DNA of 64,000 nucleotides from a virus (Duplodnaviria; Caudoviricetes), in the IMG/VR virus record IMGVR_UViG_3300022217_000003, positions 96,001-160,000 of that record; one strand, given 5' to 3'. A program made the position numbers and the translations under genes. Shown piece by piece: positions 39,075 through 48,772 of the stretch (positions are counted from its first letter, which is position 1; every line of letters starts with the position of its first letter). The notes below the pieces were generated by a model. That model was not told where the DNA came from and ran no database searches. It was given only the letters and a program-made list of their open reading frames with translations.

Positions 39075-39545
39075 TTACAATAAAATAAATCCCTCTGCGA
39101 CCCTTCTGTCTGCAAAGTCTCTTAATTTGTTATTGATTGCTTCCATCAGTTCTGGTCTCTCTTCTGAATTACGGAGGTTTAATAAAAAGTCATAGTGATA
39201 GTAAGTGAGCCCCTGGATAAATTCCGTACCTTGAGGTATCGTCATACGAAAATATCTAATCCTGAGCTTGCGTTCTTCTTCTTTTATTTTTGCTTTGATT
39301 TCTAATGCAGTATCTTTTTGAATCTTTTCAACATATTCTTTGTAGTCAGAAGAAGTTTTTTGTATAGTCGTAATATGTCCTGCTTGGATGAATGTATATA
39401 AACATCCTTTGGGGGCTCTCATACTATTTTTAATCTGTTCAGAGGTAAACGATAAAGATATATCTTCTACTTGTCCTCCGGCAAGCTTTAATTCATTGAG
39501 ATCATTGATTATTAAATTGCCAGCTATTTCACACTTGATAATCAT
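39075..39545 (-). CDS. Hypothetical protein downstream of the capsid gene
   Basis: 156 aa, coupled to the upstream gene. Confidence 0.7.
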   Translation of the reverse strand: MIIKCEIAGNLIINDLNELKLAGGQVEDISLSFTSEQIKNSMRAPKGCLYTFIQAGHITTIQKTSSDYKEYVEKIQKDTALEIKAKIKEEERKLRIRYFRMTIPQGTEFIQGLTYYHYDFLLNLRNSEERPELMEAINNKLRDFADRRVAEGFILL

Positions 39546-40273
39546 TATTCTATAATAGCATTTGCCTGACCGTCTAACTCAGGGGCTTCTATTTCATCAC
39601 CTTCTATGTCTTCTAACCTATCTTCACAGGCAGCCACAATATCGGGATCTTTTACATACATTTCAGCGTAATCTTCTAGTCTGGATAACGAACTTGTTTC
39701 TGCTATTTCATCTAGTATGTTTTGTTTTTGTCCATCAAACTTTTTACCAGGCAAGTCGGCTCTTTTTGCTTTTTTTGCAGAAGACGAAACTTCGTCGGTG
39801 TCAAGCATTTCTGTCTGTAGTTCTAAATCTTTATTGCTGATAAAGCCATCTGGCTTATTGTCTTTGGGTTGCGGAACAACTGTTTCTTGTTCAGGGGAAG
39901 TACTGGGGGGGGCAGGAGATACAGTATCTTCAGCCTTTTGTGCATCAGGGTTCTCCTGTGGCTGTATCGTAGCATCTTTAAATATCTCTTTTACTTCTTT
40001 TTCAGGAGGTACTTGTTTTATAGTAGCCGCCTCTGCTATTTCTTCGAATGAAGATTTTAATAGCGAGGTATCAACTATTTTAAGCGTACCTGCTTTAAGG
40101 TGTTGTATAATTTCTGGATTTTGCTTTATTCTATCATCACTCATTATGATAGAGACATCCAAGGCCTGCCCTGGTCCAATTATGGTATCAGAGTCACGCC
40201 TACTTGCTTTTACGGTTGTAAGGATAACCTTTGTAGGATTCCCTTCCTTATTTGTTGGGTTATAAAGTATCAT
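39545..40273 (-). CDS. Hypothetical acidic protein directly downstream of the capsid gene
   Basis: AAGGAG RBS before ATG 40273 (MILYNP); the track's upstream extension runs through a hairpin and is unlikely. Confidence 0.75.
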   Translation of the reverse strand: MILYNPTNKEGNPTKVILTTVKASRRDSDTIIGPGQALDVSIIMSDDRIKQNPEIIQHLKAGTLKIVDTSLLKSSFEEIAEAATIKQVPPEKEVKEIFKDATIQPQENPDAQKAEDTVSPAPPSTSPEQETVVPQPKDNKPDGFISNKDLELQTEMLDTDEVSSSAKKAKRADLPGKKFDGQKQNILDEIAETSSLSRLEDYAEMYVKDPDIVAACEDRLEDIEGDEIEAPELDGQANAIIE

Positions 40274-40302
40274 ACTGTTAATTTCTCCTTTTAAGTTAAT
40301 TA

Positions 40303-40338
40303 ATATCAGGGGAGCAGATAAACTGCCCCCACTGATAT
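40303..40338 (-). terminator. GC-rich hairpin after the capsid stop (terminator or processing/stabilising stem)
   Basis: ATATCAG-TGGGGGCAG-TTTAT-CTGCTCCC-CTGATAT; no clear U-tract. Confidence 0.6.
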
Positions 40339-40362
40339 CTATATAACATAATATAAAATATA

Positions 40363-42788
40363 TTATGAAGTCGGCAAATAAACTGGTTCGCCCTGTGTGT
40401 CTGCCAGGAACCACGGGGTATAGGTTGACTTACCTGTAATGGTAATTTTTGCAACCGCTCTTGCGTTGACTATGCCTACGCCGATTTCTTCGTATACGAC
40501 CCAACCTAACCGCAACTTTGCGGGTTTGTCAGCAGGTATTACGTTTACATCTTGACGAATTGGCATAACGCCTACAAATTCGGGTTCTGCGAGACAATAG
40601 ACTGTTCCACGAGGGATCATTTTACTTACAAGTATGTCTGAGGTCCATAAATGACCAACTAACCCTGTTTGTAAAATCTCTCTCTGTGTAACGAAGTCAA
40701 AATCGTTTCTTCCCCAAGTAAGTATGTCTGTGTAATCACCAAAATTCATGATGAACTTACTAGGAACTAAATCCCATTTACCTACTTCGGACATCGCCGA
40801 AATCATAGAAGTTCTAGCCATGGTATTCGCAACGGTAGTCGTAGGGTTAATAGCAGTAGAAGAAGCAGCAATAGCATTAAAGATATTCTGATCTTCTATG
40901 GCCATTAAATCGATTTTCAGTGTTGTTACTCTCAATTATTCATTGAGGGACAGGACATTTCTGCCTGTCTCCGTATATTGCTATACGGCTCGGACTATGT
41001 CTTCACCTTTCGGTGTTTCTCGTATAGTCTCTGAGGGTGGAAACTTATATTGCATACATTCAGGTATGTGCTTTTTTATTATATTCATTAACTTAGGATA
41101 CTCAGCTTTAGTAATCCTAAATTCATAAACTGTCTTAGAAGAATAATATACCTTTACACTAAGGTCAAATTTATTTTTCAAAACACCCTGAATAATTTTA
41201 ACTACACCTTTATTGAGATGTTTCCCAACGTATAGCCTTATACCAACTATTTCTTTTTTATGATTCATGAGATAACACCCATCGTCCATTATCCAGATCG
41301 CCAAACCTAATGGAGTAAGCCTTTCTAACGCTTTCTTCTTAAGTATTTTATTCCCAGTTCCATGGTAATTTTTATAAAACAACCATCGGTAATAATTAAA
41401 GTCTGGATGAAACTTTGTGGCATAACGATAACTTTCAAACCCATTTTTATCAATTTGTTTCCTAATGGGGTTTGAAAACATACCAAAAATATCACTCTTC
41501 CATTTTAAGTAGCCTAATTGTTTTGCACAATGTGTCATAAACAAGCTACTGCAATATTTGTTAGACCTGATACTTGAATCGCCAAGCATCATTCCTATAA
41601 CTGCATCTTTTTGAATACTGTCCAAATGATATTTTTTTATTTCCCTTAACTGAGTGTGAAGTATGGGTATACTCCACTTTTTCATTTTTTTGGAAATGGT
41701 ATTGTTATTACAATTATACACTTTTGCAATCTCACGTATAGTTAGCATCTCCGAATGATACAACTTTTCTAATTTTTCTTTTGTTATGTCTTTAATATTC
41801 AACATAGCAAGTTTCCTTTCCTGCAAATTGTCCGCAGTGCTTTCTCTTAAAAAACACATCTTACCGGAGTTCCTTGCATATAGAGAAATTGAGAACCAAT
41901 TTCTTAGCTCTTTGCTGAGCTCTATCAATCAAATTAAACCTACGAGCTTTCACCTGCGAAAACCTAACTTGAGGATAAGACCCGATTTCAAAAAGGGGAA
42001 CGGTAATCCTCTCACCTTCCTGGATCGTGTCCGGAATTCTTCCTCTCTTGCTCACAGTAACGGCTGGAGATTTTATATCTTTATCATAAACCGGTAAAGC
42101 ACCCTGTGGTAATGGGTCCGGTACAATAAGTTTTCTTCCAACCGACTGATAATCTACAATTTTGTTACTCACCCTATCTTGAAGTCACAATTTGTTACTT
42201 CAAGTCCAAGGTGGGACAGATCATTTCTGCCTGCCTCTACATATTTCTATGCAGTTCGGACTGTATCATCTTTAAACTATTTTCAAAGAACAAAGCCCCC
42301 TTTGCAGTCTCTGGGGAGAATTCGTGTTCGCTATTTGCGAATTGAGAACACTCCTGCTGATTGTCCGTCCTCATAAAACGGGTGTTCCAGCATACACCGG
42401 GGGTTTTAATGGCGCAAGATTATGGTTCACGCCATCCTAATCTTTATTGTTACTCCTATTATTGGATATTAATAGGGGAACGGTCATTTCTGCCGTTCTC
42501 TACACATCACTGTGTAGAACAGACTATATCTTCACCCTTTCGACATAAGGGGTTCTGCGTGTTAGTCGTTGAGGGGTCAATTAATAATGACTTCCCTGCT
42601 GATAATCTAAAATTCAATTTAGACTTCCCAGCATACAGCAGAATCTTTTTAACTATCAGTTACCCAATAGCTTCCCAATAGATATTAGGATTAGCCATTG
42701 AAGCGGCAAGAGCGAGTCTTCCGTCCTCTGAAGAAAGAGCAGCCTCTATAAGAGAATTTCTTTCTGCGGGAGTTATAACATCACTCAT
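40363..42788 (-). CDS. Major capsid protein, 306 aa, spliced from four exons: 42788-42687, 42441-42429, 42156-41906, 40917-40363
   Basis: Exons of 102+13+251+555 = 921 nt join in frame: MSDVITPAERNSLIEAALSSEDGRLALAASMANP|IRMA|LDYQSVGRKLIVPDPLPQGALPVYDKDI...RRFNLIDRAQQRA|KIDLMAIEDQNIF...REILQTGLVGHLW...LGWVVYEEIGVGIVN; GAAAGGAG RBS; follows protease/scaffold/decoration genes. Confidence 0.9.
40918..41905 (-). ncRNA. Group I intron 3 of the capsid gene (988 nt, encodes an endonuclease)
   Basis: 5' exon ends in U (GCU); P1 AGAGCU/GGUUCU with U.G; P7 CAGAGACTA...GAAGACATAGTCC; ends GAGTAACAACACTG with terminal G. Confidence 0.9.
40981..41805 (-). CDS. Intron-encoded LAGLIDADG homing endonuclease with N-terminal HTH
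   Basis: VIGMMLGDSSI and LTPLGLAIWIMDDG; ATG 41805 after AAGGA; 3' end overlaps the ribozyme core. Confidence 0.88.
   Translation of the reverse strand: MLNIKDITKEKLEKLYHSEMLTIREIAKVYNCNNNTISKKMKKWSIPILHTQLREIKKYHLDSIQKDAVIGMMLGDSSIRSNKYCSSLFMTHCAKQLGYLKWKSDIFGMFSNPIRKQIDKNGFESYRYATKFHPDFNYYRWLFYKNYHGTGNKILKKKALERLTPLGLAIWIMDDGCYLMNHKKEIVGIRLYVGKHLNKGVVKIIQGVLKNKFDLSVKVYYSSKTVYEFRITKAEYPKLMNIIKKHIPECMQYKFPPSETIRETPKGEDIVRAV
42157..42428 (-). ncRNA. Group I intron 2 of the capsid gene (272 nt, no ORF)
   Basis: P1 AUGGCGU/GCGCCAU with U.G at the splice site; P10 AUAAUCU/AGAUUAU; ATGCTGG and AATCAGCAGG; P7 GAGACTG...ACAGTCC; ends GAGTAACAAAATTG. Confidence 0.92.
42442..42686 (-). ncRNA. Group I intron 1 of the capsid gene (245 nt, no ORF)
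   Basis: P1 UCCU|AAUA-UC-UAUU-GGGA with U.G; ATGCTGGGAA and ATCAGCAGG; P7 CGACTA...GAAGATATAGTC; ends GAGTAACAATAAAG. Confidence 0.92.
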
Positions 42789-42882
42789 CTTGTCAACTCC
42801 TTTCAATTAAATAAAAAATTATTAGTATATATATAATACCATGAAGATTATCATTACGATATATCTTCTGCGTTACGCAATT

Positions 42883-43398
42883 TTACGTTACGCCTTCTAT
42901 CTGACCAACGGTCATGATAGTCATTTTGTCATCGTTCGCTGCCGATGAAGGCGGAACGATTACCATTCCAACTATAGGCTGTGAGCCATAATTAGTTGCG
43001 GGAGTTAATTTCCCTTGATTAGTCCCAGACCCTATAACTGTTAACAATGTATTAACCGCATAAGTCATTCCTGTGTCATAGTTTTCCTTAACTTCAAATA
43101 CACCATTAAGACATAACAGATATATAGAGAGATATCCTGATTTCAATCCATCTACAAAACTATCGGCCAATATACCAATCGGTCTTGTAGCATCTGTTTT
43201 ATCAAGGGCAGTAGTGCCCCCATCACTTAAAAACTGTAAAATCATTCCGGCTGGTAAAGTGGTATCAGAAGCTCCATAAGGTTCATTGAGGTCGGTAGAC
43301 CCCGTGTTCCTAAGATTGGTCGTTCCTAACGCCACCAATGTGGAGCTCATAGGAAAAGATATAGGTCCTGGATATGGTTCATGTACAACTTCAAGCAT
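42883..43398 (-). CDS. Putative head decoration/cement protein
   Basis: Beta-rich 171 aa between the scaffold and capsid genes; PAGMI, PIGIL, GKLT; AGGAGG RBS. Confidence 0.6.
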   Translation of the reverse strand: MLEVVHEPYPGPISFPMSSTLVALGTTNLRNTGSTDLNEPYGASDTTLPAGMILQFLSDGGTTALDKTDATRPIGILADSFVDGLKSGYLSIYLLCLNGVFEVKENYDTGMTYAVNTLLTVIGSGTNQGKLTPATNYGSQPIVGMVIVPPSSAANDDKMTIMTVGQIEGVT

Positions 43399-45543
43399 TT
43401 ATTTGTCACCTCCTTTACTAGGTATTTTTGTAGTCCAGATATTTTCCAGACTTTCTTTTAGTCCCTTGTCTACTGTACCGGACATTTGTGGTACCGAAGA
43501 CAATCCACCTGTACGAACAAATTTTTGGCTTTTTGAGTCTCCCGCCTCCGCTTTATTCGTATTGGTTACTATATTTTCAGTAATACTCTCAAGTGCTACA
43601 AATGACACATCGTCCATTAACATCATTTTTTCCAGCTCAGAATCTTTATTAGCTTCATCAATTACATTATTTTCTACCATGTAATCAGCAAGCTTAATAG
43701 CGGCGTTAGCCCTAACTCTTAACTGGCTTTCATTTATTAACTTACTATTATCACCCTTTGCATTCTTGAGTTCTTCACTAGTCTTGGATAATTTTTCAAG
43801 TAAAATCCTATTGCTTTTCTCTACTTCCTGCCTATAGGCATTTACCTTATCAAATTCCGCCTTATCAACTACGTTCCTACCAGAGCCATATCTCTTAGTA
43901 AGCTTAGGCTTAATAGATTTATCTACCTCGCTTTGACTAATATACTTTTCTGGAGTAGTTAGTTTCTTTTGTAATGCAGGAGATTTACCTTTTCCAGGAG
44001 CGGCATTTTCAGCAATGATATTAATATCAGCTTTTTTAGTATCGAGGTTTAGGCTGGCTTTAACTCCAAGATTATGAGCCGTAACTTCAAACCCATCTCT
44101 ATTAACCCTTGATACAATAAGCTTCCCATATTCAGGACTAGATACTTCTGCCCATTTCTCAAAACCTTTTTTGCCCCAAATGTCTCTTACGGATGCTTCT
44201 ATAATTTTCTCTTTCTTATTATAGATAGTCCAATAAGAATCCATCTTAGATGCAGTCGGAGTAAATACGGCAGTAATACCATCTTCTGATAATCTGTCTC
44301 CAAGAGTAGCTTTTTTATCTTTCTTCTTATCTTCTTTTTCCTTTTTCTTTTTAGCCTCTTCCTTCTCTTTTTCTTTTTCCTTTTGAGCCTTTTCTTTCTC
44401 TTTCTCTTTTTTCTTATCGTCCTTGTCATCTTTCTTACTGGCCATCAAAGGTCCTTTTTTCTCATCAATAAGGTCTCTTCCCTTATCTAACAACATATCA
44501 CCATCAAGAGGGTCTTTAGCTTTATCCCCCATTTCGGGCATCATTTCCTTCTTTTTCATATCAGGCTTCCCAAATGGGACTTTAGGCTCTATGCCTTCTT
44601 CTCCTTTTTCAGTGTCTATATCAACACCAATATTTTCAGCAGCATCTTCCAGTTTTTCAACTATATCTCCTATGCCTTCTGTAGCTTCTTCTATTTCAGT
44701 AACTGCTTTTTCCAGCTCTTTCTTCTGTGGTCCTTTGTCATCCTTTTCATCTTTCTTCTCATCTTTGGGAAGGGATTTCATGTCATTTCCACCCATTGCC
44801 TTATCATCATCTTTCTTCTCTTTTTTATCGTTCTTGACTTCGTCGTCTTCCATAGCCTGTCTGGTTATACCAAGATTAGAACCGGATGCTTTAGTAACCG
44901 CTACTGATGGAGGGGTTGGACTAATGTATTTATCCTTTGACCTCTTCACATCTTCCGCCTTTCCACCCTGTTCTTTTTCAGGGGGATAATGGACCTTTTT
45001 CATCCGGAGATCTTCCTCGACAGAACTTATCTTTGTGAGCTCATTCCTGACCTTAACCCTTGCAACACGAATTTCCTTTATAACACTGTCATCTTTGGCC
45101 TTGTTAAAAGCCTCATTCAGCCTTGCTAACTGTCCTTTTAAATTGGACTTAAGCTTTTTAAGAGTATCCTTCCCTTTTCCAGAAGGAGTATCTTTAACAT
45201 ACTTATCCTTAGACCGTTCATCATCAGCTTTTCTTCCTGGATCTGGATCTGGGGAATACCTTGATTTCTCTTTAGCTTCCCTTATACCATTAAGCTGCTG
45301 TTTGGCCTTTTGAACCAACTGCTCTGTCCTGGATGCCGTTGCGGTAATATCGGTAGGTTGAATATCTGGTGCCATAGAATTAGCACTGTTGATCACTTGC
45401 GCCTGTATAGCCACCATTTCTGATGGATTTACATCCTTTGAAGCTTTTATATTACGCACAGCCTTGTCCATTTCAATCTGATCCTCATCTCTGCCTATAG
45501 GCTCTGACCCACCTGAGTCAGCTCTTGTAATTTTCTTTCCCAT
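43399..45543 (-). CDS. Putative capsid scaffolding/prohead core protein
   Basis: Highly charged, coiled-coil ~714 aa between the protease and capsid genes; GAGGAGGTG RBS before ATG 45543; many x-x-A-S sites. Confidence 0.6.
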   Translation of the reverse strand: MGKKITRADSGGSEPIGRDEDQIEMDKAVRNIKASKDVNPSEMVAIQAQVINSANSMAPDIQPTDITATASRTEQLVQKAKQQLNGIREAKEKSRYSPDPDPGRKADDERSKDKYVKDTPSGKGKDTLKKLKSNLKGQLARLNEAFNKAKDDSVIKEIRVARVKVRNELTKISSVEEDLRMKKVHYPPEKEQGGKAEDVKRSKDKYISPTPPSVAVTKASGSNLGITRQAMEDDEVKNDKKEKKDDDKAMGGNDMKSLPKDEKKDEKDDKGPQKKELEKAVTEIEEATEGIGDIVEKLEDAAENIGVDIDTEKGEEGIEPKVPFGKPDMKKKEMMPEMGDKAKDPLDGDMLLDKGRDLIDEKKGPLMASKKDDKDDKKKEKEKEKAQKEKEKEKEEAKKKKEKEDKKKDKKATLGDRLSEDGITAVFTPTASKMDSYWTIYNKKEKIIEASVRDIWGKKGFEKWAEVSSPEYGKLIVSRVNRDGFEVTAHNLGVKASLNLDTKKADINIIAENAAPGKGKSPALQKKLTTPEKYISQSEVDKSIKPKLTKRYGSGRNVVDKAEFDKVNAYRQEVEKSNRILLEKLSKTSEELKNAKGDNSKLINESQLRVRANAAIKLADYMVENNVIDEANKDSELEKMMLMDDVSFVALESITENIVTNTNKAEAGDSKSQKFVRTGGLSSVPQMSGTVDKGLKESLENIWTTKIPSKGGDK

Positions 45544-45606
45544 ATTATATTTCACCTCCTCTCTTTAATAAAATATAGTCGTGGTTAAATAAACATCTAT
45601 TCATAT

Positions 45607-46464
45607 TTATAAACCTCCTATTTGATTTAATATATCTATAGTTTTTTGTTCTCCATATAAGCTCATTAGTATAGCTGTTGCTTCTACTAAATCATTTTCA
45701 TTATTTGCGACTTTTGATATTAATCTTGCTGCCCTATCTGCAGGGACTGTAACCCAAGATAGTTCTACAAAGTTAACCTCTCTGTTGTCTTCATATACAT
45801 CTCTATGTTCACCCTCATGATATATTTTTCTAGCCTTATGGTATTTAATATCATCACAATACTGTGATTCATTGGTAGCCAAATTACCACATATAGAACA
45901 GATAGAATATCCCACGCGACTACCCATTGAAACACTGTCAATATATTTCTTATCAATTGCCCTGACCAGATCTGGGTCTTTATTTGCATCAACCGCCAAT
46001 AAGTTTTCTATAAACCTACCATGATGATTAGCTATACAATCAAGGTTGATTCCAACTGCATTATTCACATTATCACTTGCATGGTCTTTAAAATTACCTC
46101 TACCTATAAAGGTCTGATAAATATATTTATTTAATGCGGCATCAAACCTTAAAAGCTCTGGGCTATTAGGATTATCCATAGAACCCCAGGCAAACATATC
46201 TCCGTTATCATTGGGCACGTCTCCATGCACACTAATAACATGATAGTAATGAAATTCAGGATCGTAATCCCCTATCCTGTGAAACTTATTATCTTGATAA
46301 GCTCTCTTCTCTGCCACCTCTACATAATTAGCCATTACTTTATCATACTTATTCAAGAAGTCATTTTTATTCCCGAATGAATTACTTGCTATTTTAATCT
46401 TGGAATTGCCCTCTCCATACGGAGTTATGGGATCATTCCATGATGCCCTTTTTATCATACTCAT
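45607..46464 (-). CDS. Putative prohead maturation protease with Zn-binding insertion
   Basis: PNDNGD, FKDH (His), DSVSMG (Ser), CSICG...YCD, FVELSWVTVPAD; head-module position. Confidence 0.7.
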   Translation of the reverse strand: MSMIKRASWNDPITPYGEGNSKIKIASNSFGNKNDFLNKYDKVMANYVEVAEKRAYQDNKFHRIGDYDPEFHYYHVISVHGDVPNDNGDMFAWGSMDNPNSPELLRFDAALNKYIYQTFIGRGNFKDHASDNVNNAVGINLDCIANHHGRFIENLLAVDANKDPDLVRAIDKKYIDSVSMGSRVGYSICSICGNLATNESQYCDDIKYHKARKIYHEGEHRDVYEDNREVNFVELSWVTVPADRAARLISKVANNENDLVEATAILMSLYGEQKTIDILNQIGGL

Positions 46465-46469
46465 AATGA

Positions 46470-46610
46470 TTATCCCTTGTTCTTCTTGTTAGCTTTTTTA
46501 ATCATTGTTTCAGAATCACTTGCCTTCTTTGCGAACTTAACAAGATCTTCCTCGTCTTCAATCTTCTTAATATTACTCTTGGTATTAACACCTGTTTTCA
46601 TCATTGCCAT
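46470..46610 (-). CDS. Small basic protein, 46 aa (not in ORF track)
   Basis: MAMMKTGVNTKSNIKKIEDEEDLVKFAKKASDSETMIKKANKKNKG; AGGAGG RBS. Confidence 0.55.
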   Translation of the reverse strand: MAMMKTGVNTKSNIKKIEDEEDLVKFAKKASDSETMIKKANKKNKG

Positions 46611-46624
46611 AAGTTCTTTCCTCC

Positions 46625-47293
46625 TTAATCATGCCATATTACAGTCATATCTAATTCATAAGCTAAATCATCTGACATATTTATTAACCTGACTAATAGA
46701 CCGTCATTGCCTTTAAATTCTCTGCAGGCATAGAAATTTGCGGAATAAAAATCCTTTGCGCTCCCCGCTGAATGGTTAAACATTGTGGGGTGCATCCCTT
46801 TTAGGGTTGACCTATATATTAAATACATAACCTCTGTACCTGCATTATTAGTTGTATGGTTCCACCTTAATCCCGTCCTTGCACTTGCCACGGTTTCCCT
46901 TTCTATTGTAACTACATTTCCCGCTACACTGGCAACTTTCTGTATTTCTCCATCGGTTTTATAATCACTGTATACCCATACTAAATCATCGGCTAAAAAC
47001 TTTGAGCCATCTGCAACAGTAAGGTCTGTTTCACCCTCATCCCACGCATTACCCCCGTTCTTTGCGGATTGAATACTATGGTTGATCCTATATATATTGC
47101 ACTGGGCTTCTTTGGATGCTGTCGTAGCAAATATATTGTATCCACATAATGACCATATCCCGGTAATTGCCGTCGGTGCTATTAAGGTTTTGGGTTCACC
47201 CCAATACCATCGGTCATCTTGTGCCCCTGTTTCATCCTGTGCAGAATTAGTTACCGTAATAGGTGCCGACGCTACACCTTCCCCTGATGCCAA
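46625..47293 (-). CDS. Beta-rich virion-type protein; in-frame continuation of 47306-48085
   Basis: Only a TTG start, 12 nt after and in frame with the upstream TAG. Confidence 0.6.
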   Translation of the reverse strand: MASGEGVASAPITVTNSAQDETGAQDDRWYWGEPKTLIAPTAITGIWSLCGYNIFATTASKEAQCNIYRINHSIQSAKNGGNAWDEGETDLTVADGSKFLADDLVWVYSDYKTDGEIQKVASVAGNVVTIERETVASARTGLRWNHTTNNAGTEVMYLIYRSTLKGMHPTMFNHSAGSAKDFYSANFYACREFKGNDGLLVRLINMSDDLAYELDMTVIWHD

Positions 47294-47305
47294 TGGGTAA
47301 ACTTC

Positions 47306-48085
47306 CTAATGTTTTTCTCTGGGCAACCTGCCTTCAAAAAAAGCCCATTGTGTTCTTGACCCTAAATCAACTCTGTCACCATCACCACCCCCACTGGAAC
47401 AATGTGCAAAAACATTATAAGTCGCCCCAGATACAACTTCATACCCTGCTGTAGCATTCCCAGTAGAAAGGCATTGATATATCATATTTTCATCTGAAGC
47501 AGAATTAGATATATAAAATCCCCTAGTTGAAGCACCATTATTTATAGCATTGCATAAATATAATATATTTTCCGTATTTGATATATCATAACCTGTGGTT
47601 GTAGCATTAACAGCCTGACACCTTTGTAATATATTGTTTGTCCCATCTATATCATATGCGACAGTGGCATCTTCGGTAGCAACATCTTCTATAATACAAC
47701 CACTTCCAGTTAACTTAACCCCTATCTGCCCTGACTGTGATATTTTTATATTTTTTACCATGCAGGAATTCCCAGATACTAATAACGTTTGTGTGCTGCC
47801 TGTAGTATCTGATATTATTACTCCTATTTCGCCCCATAATTCAACACCGTTTAAGTCAACATCTAATCCGCTCTCGTCATAAGAACCCTCTTTGATTGTA
47901 ATTGCATCTCCGGCACTAACCTGTGTTAAAGCCTTCCCTATTGTAGCAAATGCCTTGTGGGGATTTCTGCCACTATTAGTATCTTTACCCGTAGTGGTAT
48001 TTACATACCATATTTCACCGGCAAATAAAGGTGTATGATTTATTATGTGATTTACAAGGCTATGTGAGCTTCCAAAAAGGCCCAT
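47306..48085 (-). CDS. Right-handed parallel beta-helix (pectate-lyase-like) protein, N-terminal part
   Basis: WYVNTTTGKDTNSG..HKAFATIGKAL..VSAGDAITIKEGSYDE, followed by Asn/Cys-ladder repeats. Confidence 0.7.
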   Translation of the reverse strand: MGLFGSSHSLVNHIINHTPLFAGEIWYVNTTTGKDTNSGRNPHKAFATIGKALTQVSAGDAITIKEGSYDESGLDVDLNGVELWGEIGVIISDTTGSTQTLLVSGNSCMVKNIKISQSGQIGVKLTGSGCIIEDVATEDATVAYDIDGTNNILQRCQAVNATTTGYDISNTENILYLCNAINNGASTRGFYISNSASDENMIYQCLSTGNATAGYEVVSGATYNVFAHCSSGGGDGDRVDLGSRTQWAFFEGRLPREKH

Positions 48086-48091
48086 TAATAT

Positions 48092-48499
48092 TTATTCCTT
48101 ATTCTCATATATGATACTGTATGGTATATTTCTCGCTGCGCCTTCATCGCTATCCTCTTCATATGTAAATTTAATATCATTCGTTACCCCTGCGCTAATA
48201 TCTAAATAGATACCATCAGAATCCGTGGCCACTATAAAATATTGTGTTGTAAATAATCTATAATTAGTCCCATCTATTTTACAATACCCTTTTATTGTCC
48301 CATCCTTGGTCATGTTTACCAAGTCGACCCAAACACCATAAATTATCTTCCTGGTGCTTGTTGTCAGTGTAACTATTGTTTGTTCACCGCCTGTATCTGT
48401 ATAGACGTATGTACCACTACTATCATTACTGTTAGTGGTATTTATTACTGAATTAACCCTATCAAGTAATATATGCAGAAGTATTCTTATATATCTCAT
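48092..48499 (-). CDS. Hypothetical (virion-associated) protein
   Basis: 135 aa, beta-rich, in the head module. Confidence 0.6.
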   Translation of the reverse strand: MRYIRILLHILLDRVNSVINTTNSNDSSGTYVYTDTGGEQTIVTLTTSTRKIIYGVWVDLVNMTKDGTIKGYCKIDGTNYRLFTTQYFIVATDSDGIYLDISAGVTNDIKFTYEEDSDEGAARNIPYSIIYENKE

Positions 48500-48501
48500 C
48501 T

Positions 48502-48759
48502 TTAAGAATCCGCAATTTCATCAGGAATCCATGAAGGTTTAGATGAGCTTTCGGACAATATTTTTAAATACACGGTTTCACCCGCTGCATTCTTACCTAA
48601 TTGGCTATCCACCCAAATGGTTTCATTCGTTTCATCTATATATTTTTCTGCTATTCTTTCTGTAGAAGCTATAGCTAAGTCAGATTTTTCAAAAACACTT
48701 ATGCTTAAATAATCATCAGCATAATCTTTAATTGTATTTCCGGGGAATTTATCTTTCAT
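48502..48759 (-). CDS. Hypothetical protein
   Basis: 85 aa, tightly packed. Confidence 0.6.
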   Translation of the reverse strand: MKDKFPGNTIKDYADDYLSISVFEKSDLAIASTERIAEKYIDETNETIWVDSQLGKNAAGETVYLKILSESSSKPSWIPDEIADS

Positions 48760-48772
48760 GCCCTAGACCTTC

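Noticed and set aside
40363-42172. Track ORFs 41861-42172 and 40363-40935 as independent genes
   Set aside because: They are capsid exons 3 and 4; their apparent starts fall in the intron 3' motif GAGTAACA
42361-42681. 106-aa plus-strand ORF, plus 42179-42376, over the capsid region
   Set aside because: They lie antisense to group I introns 1 and 2, which explain the sequence
40918-42686. Group II intron, tRNA or riboswitch interpretation of the capsid insertions
   Set aside because: No GUGCG 5' end, domain V or RT; U.G P1, P7 and terminal G fit group I
44199-44429. 76-aa Arg/Lys-rich protamine-like ORF
   Set aside because: Alternative frame of the KEKEK low-complexity stretch in the scaffold-like gene
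42789-45606. Phage late-promoter motif in the AT-rich gaps upstream of the capsid and scaffold genes
   Set aside because: Only short TTTATTTAA-type similarity, not distinguishable from AT-rich background by eye
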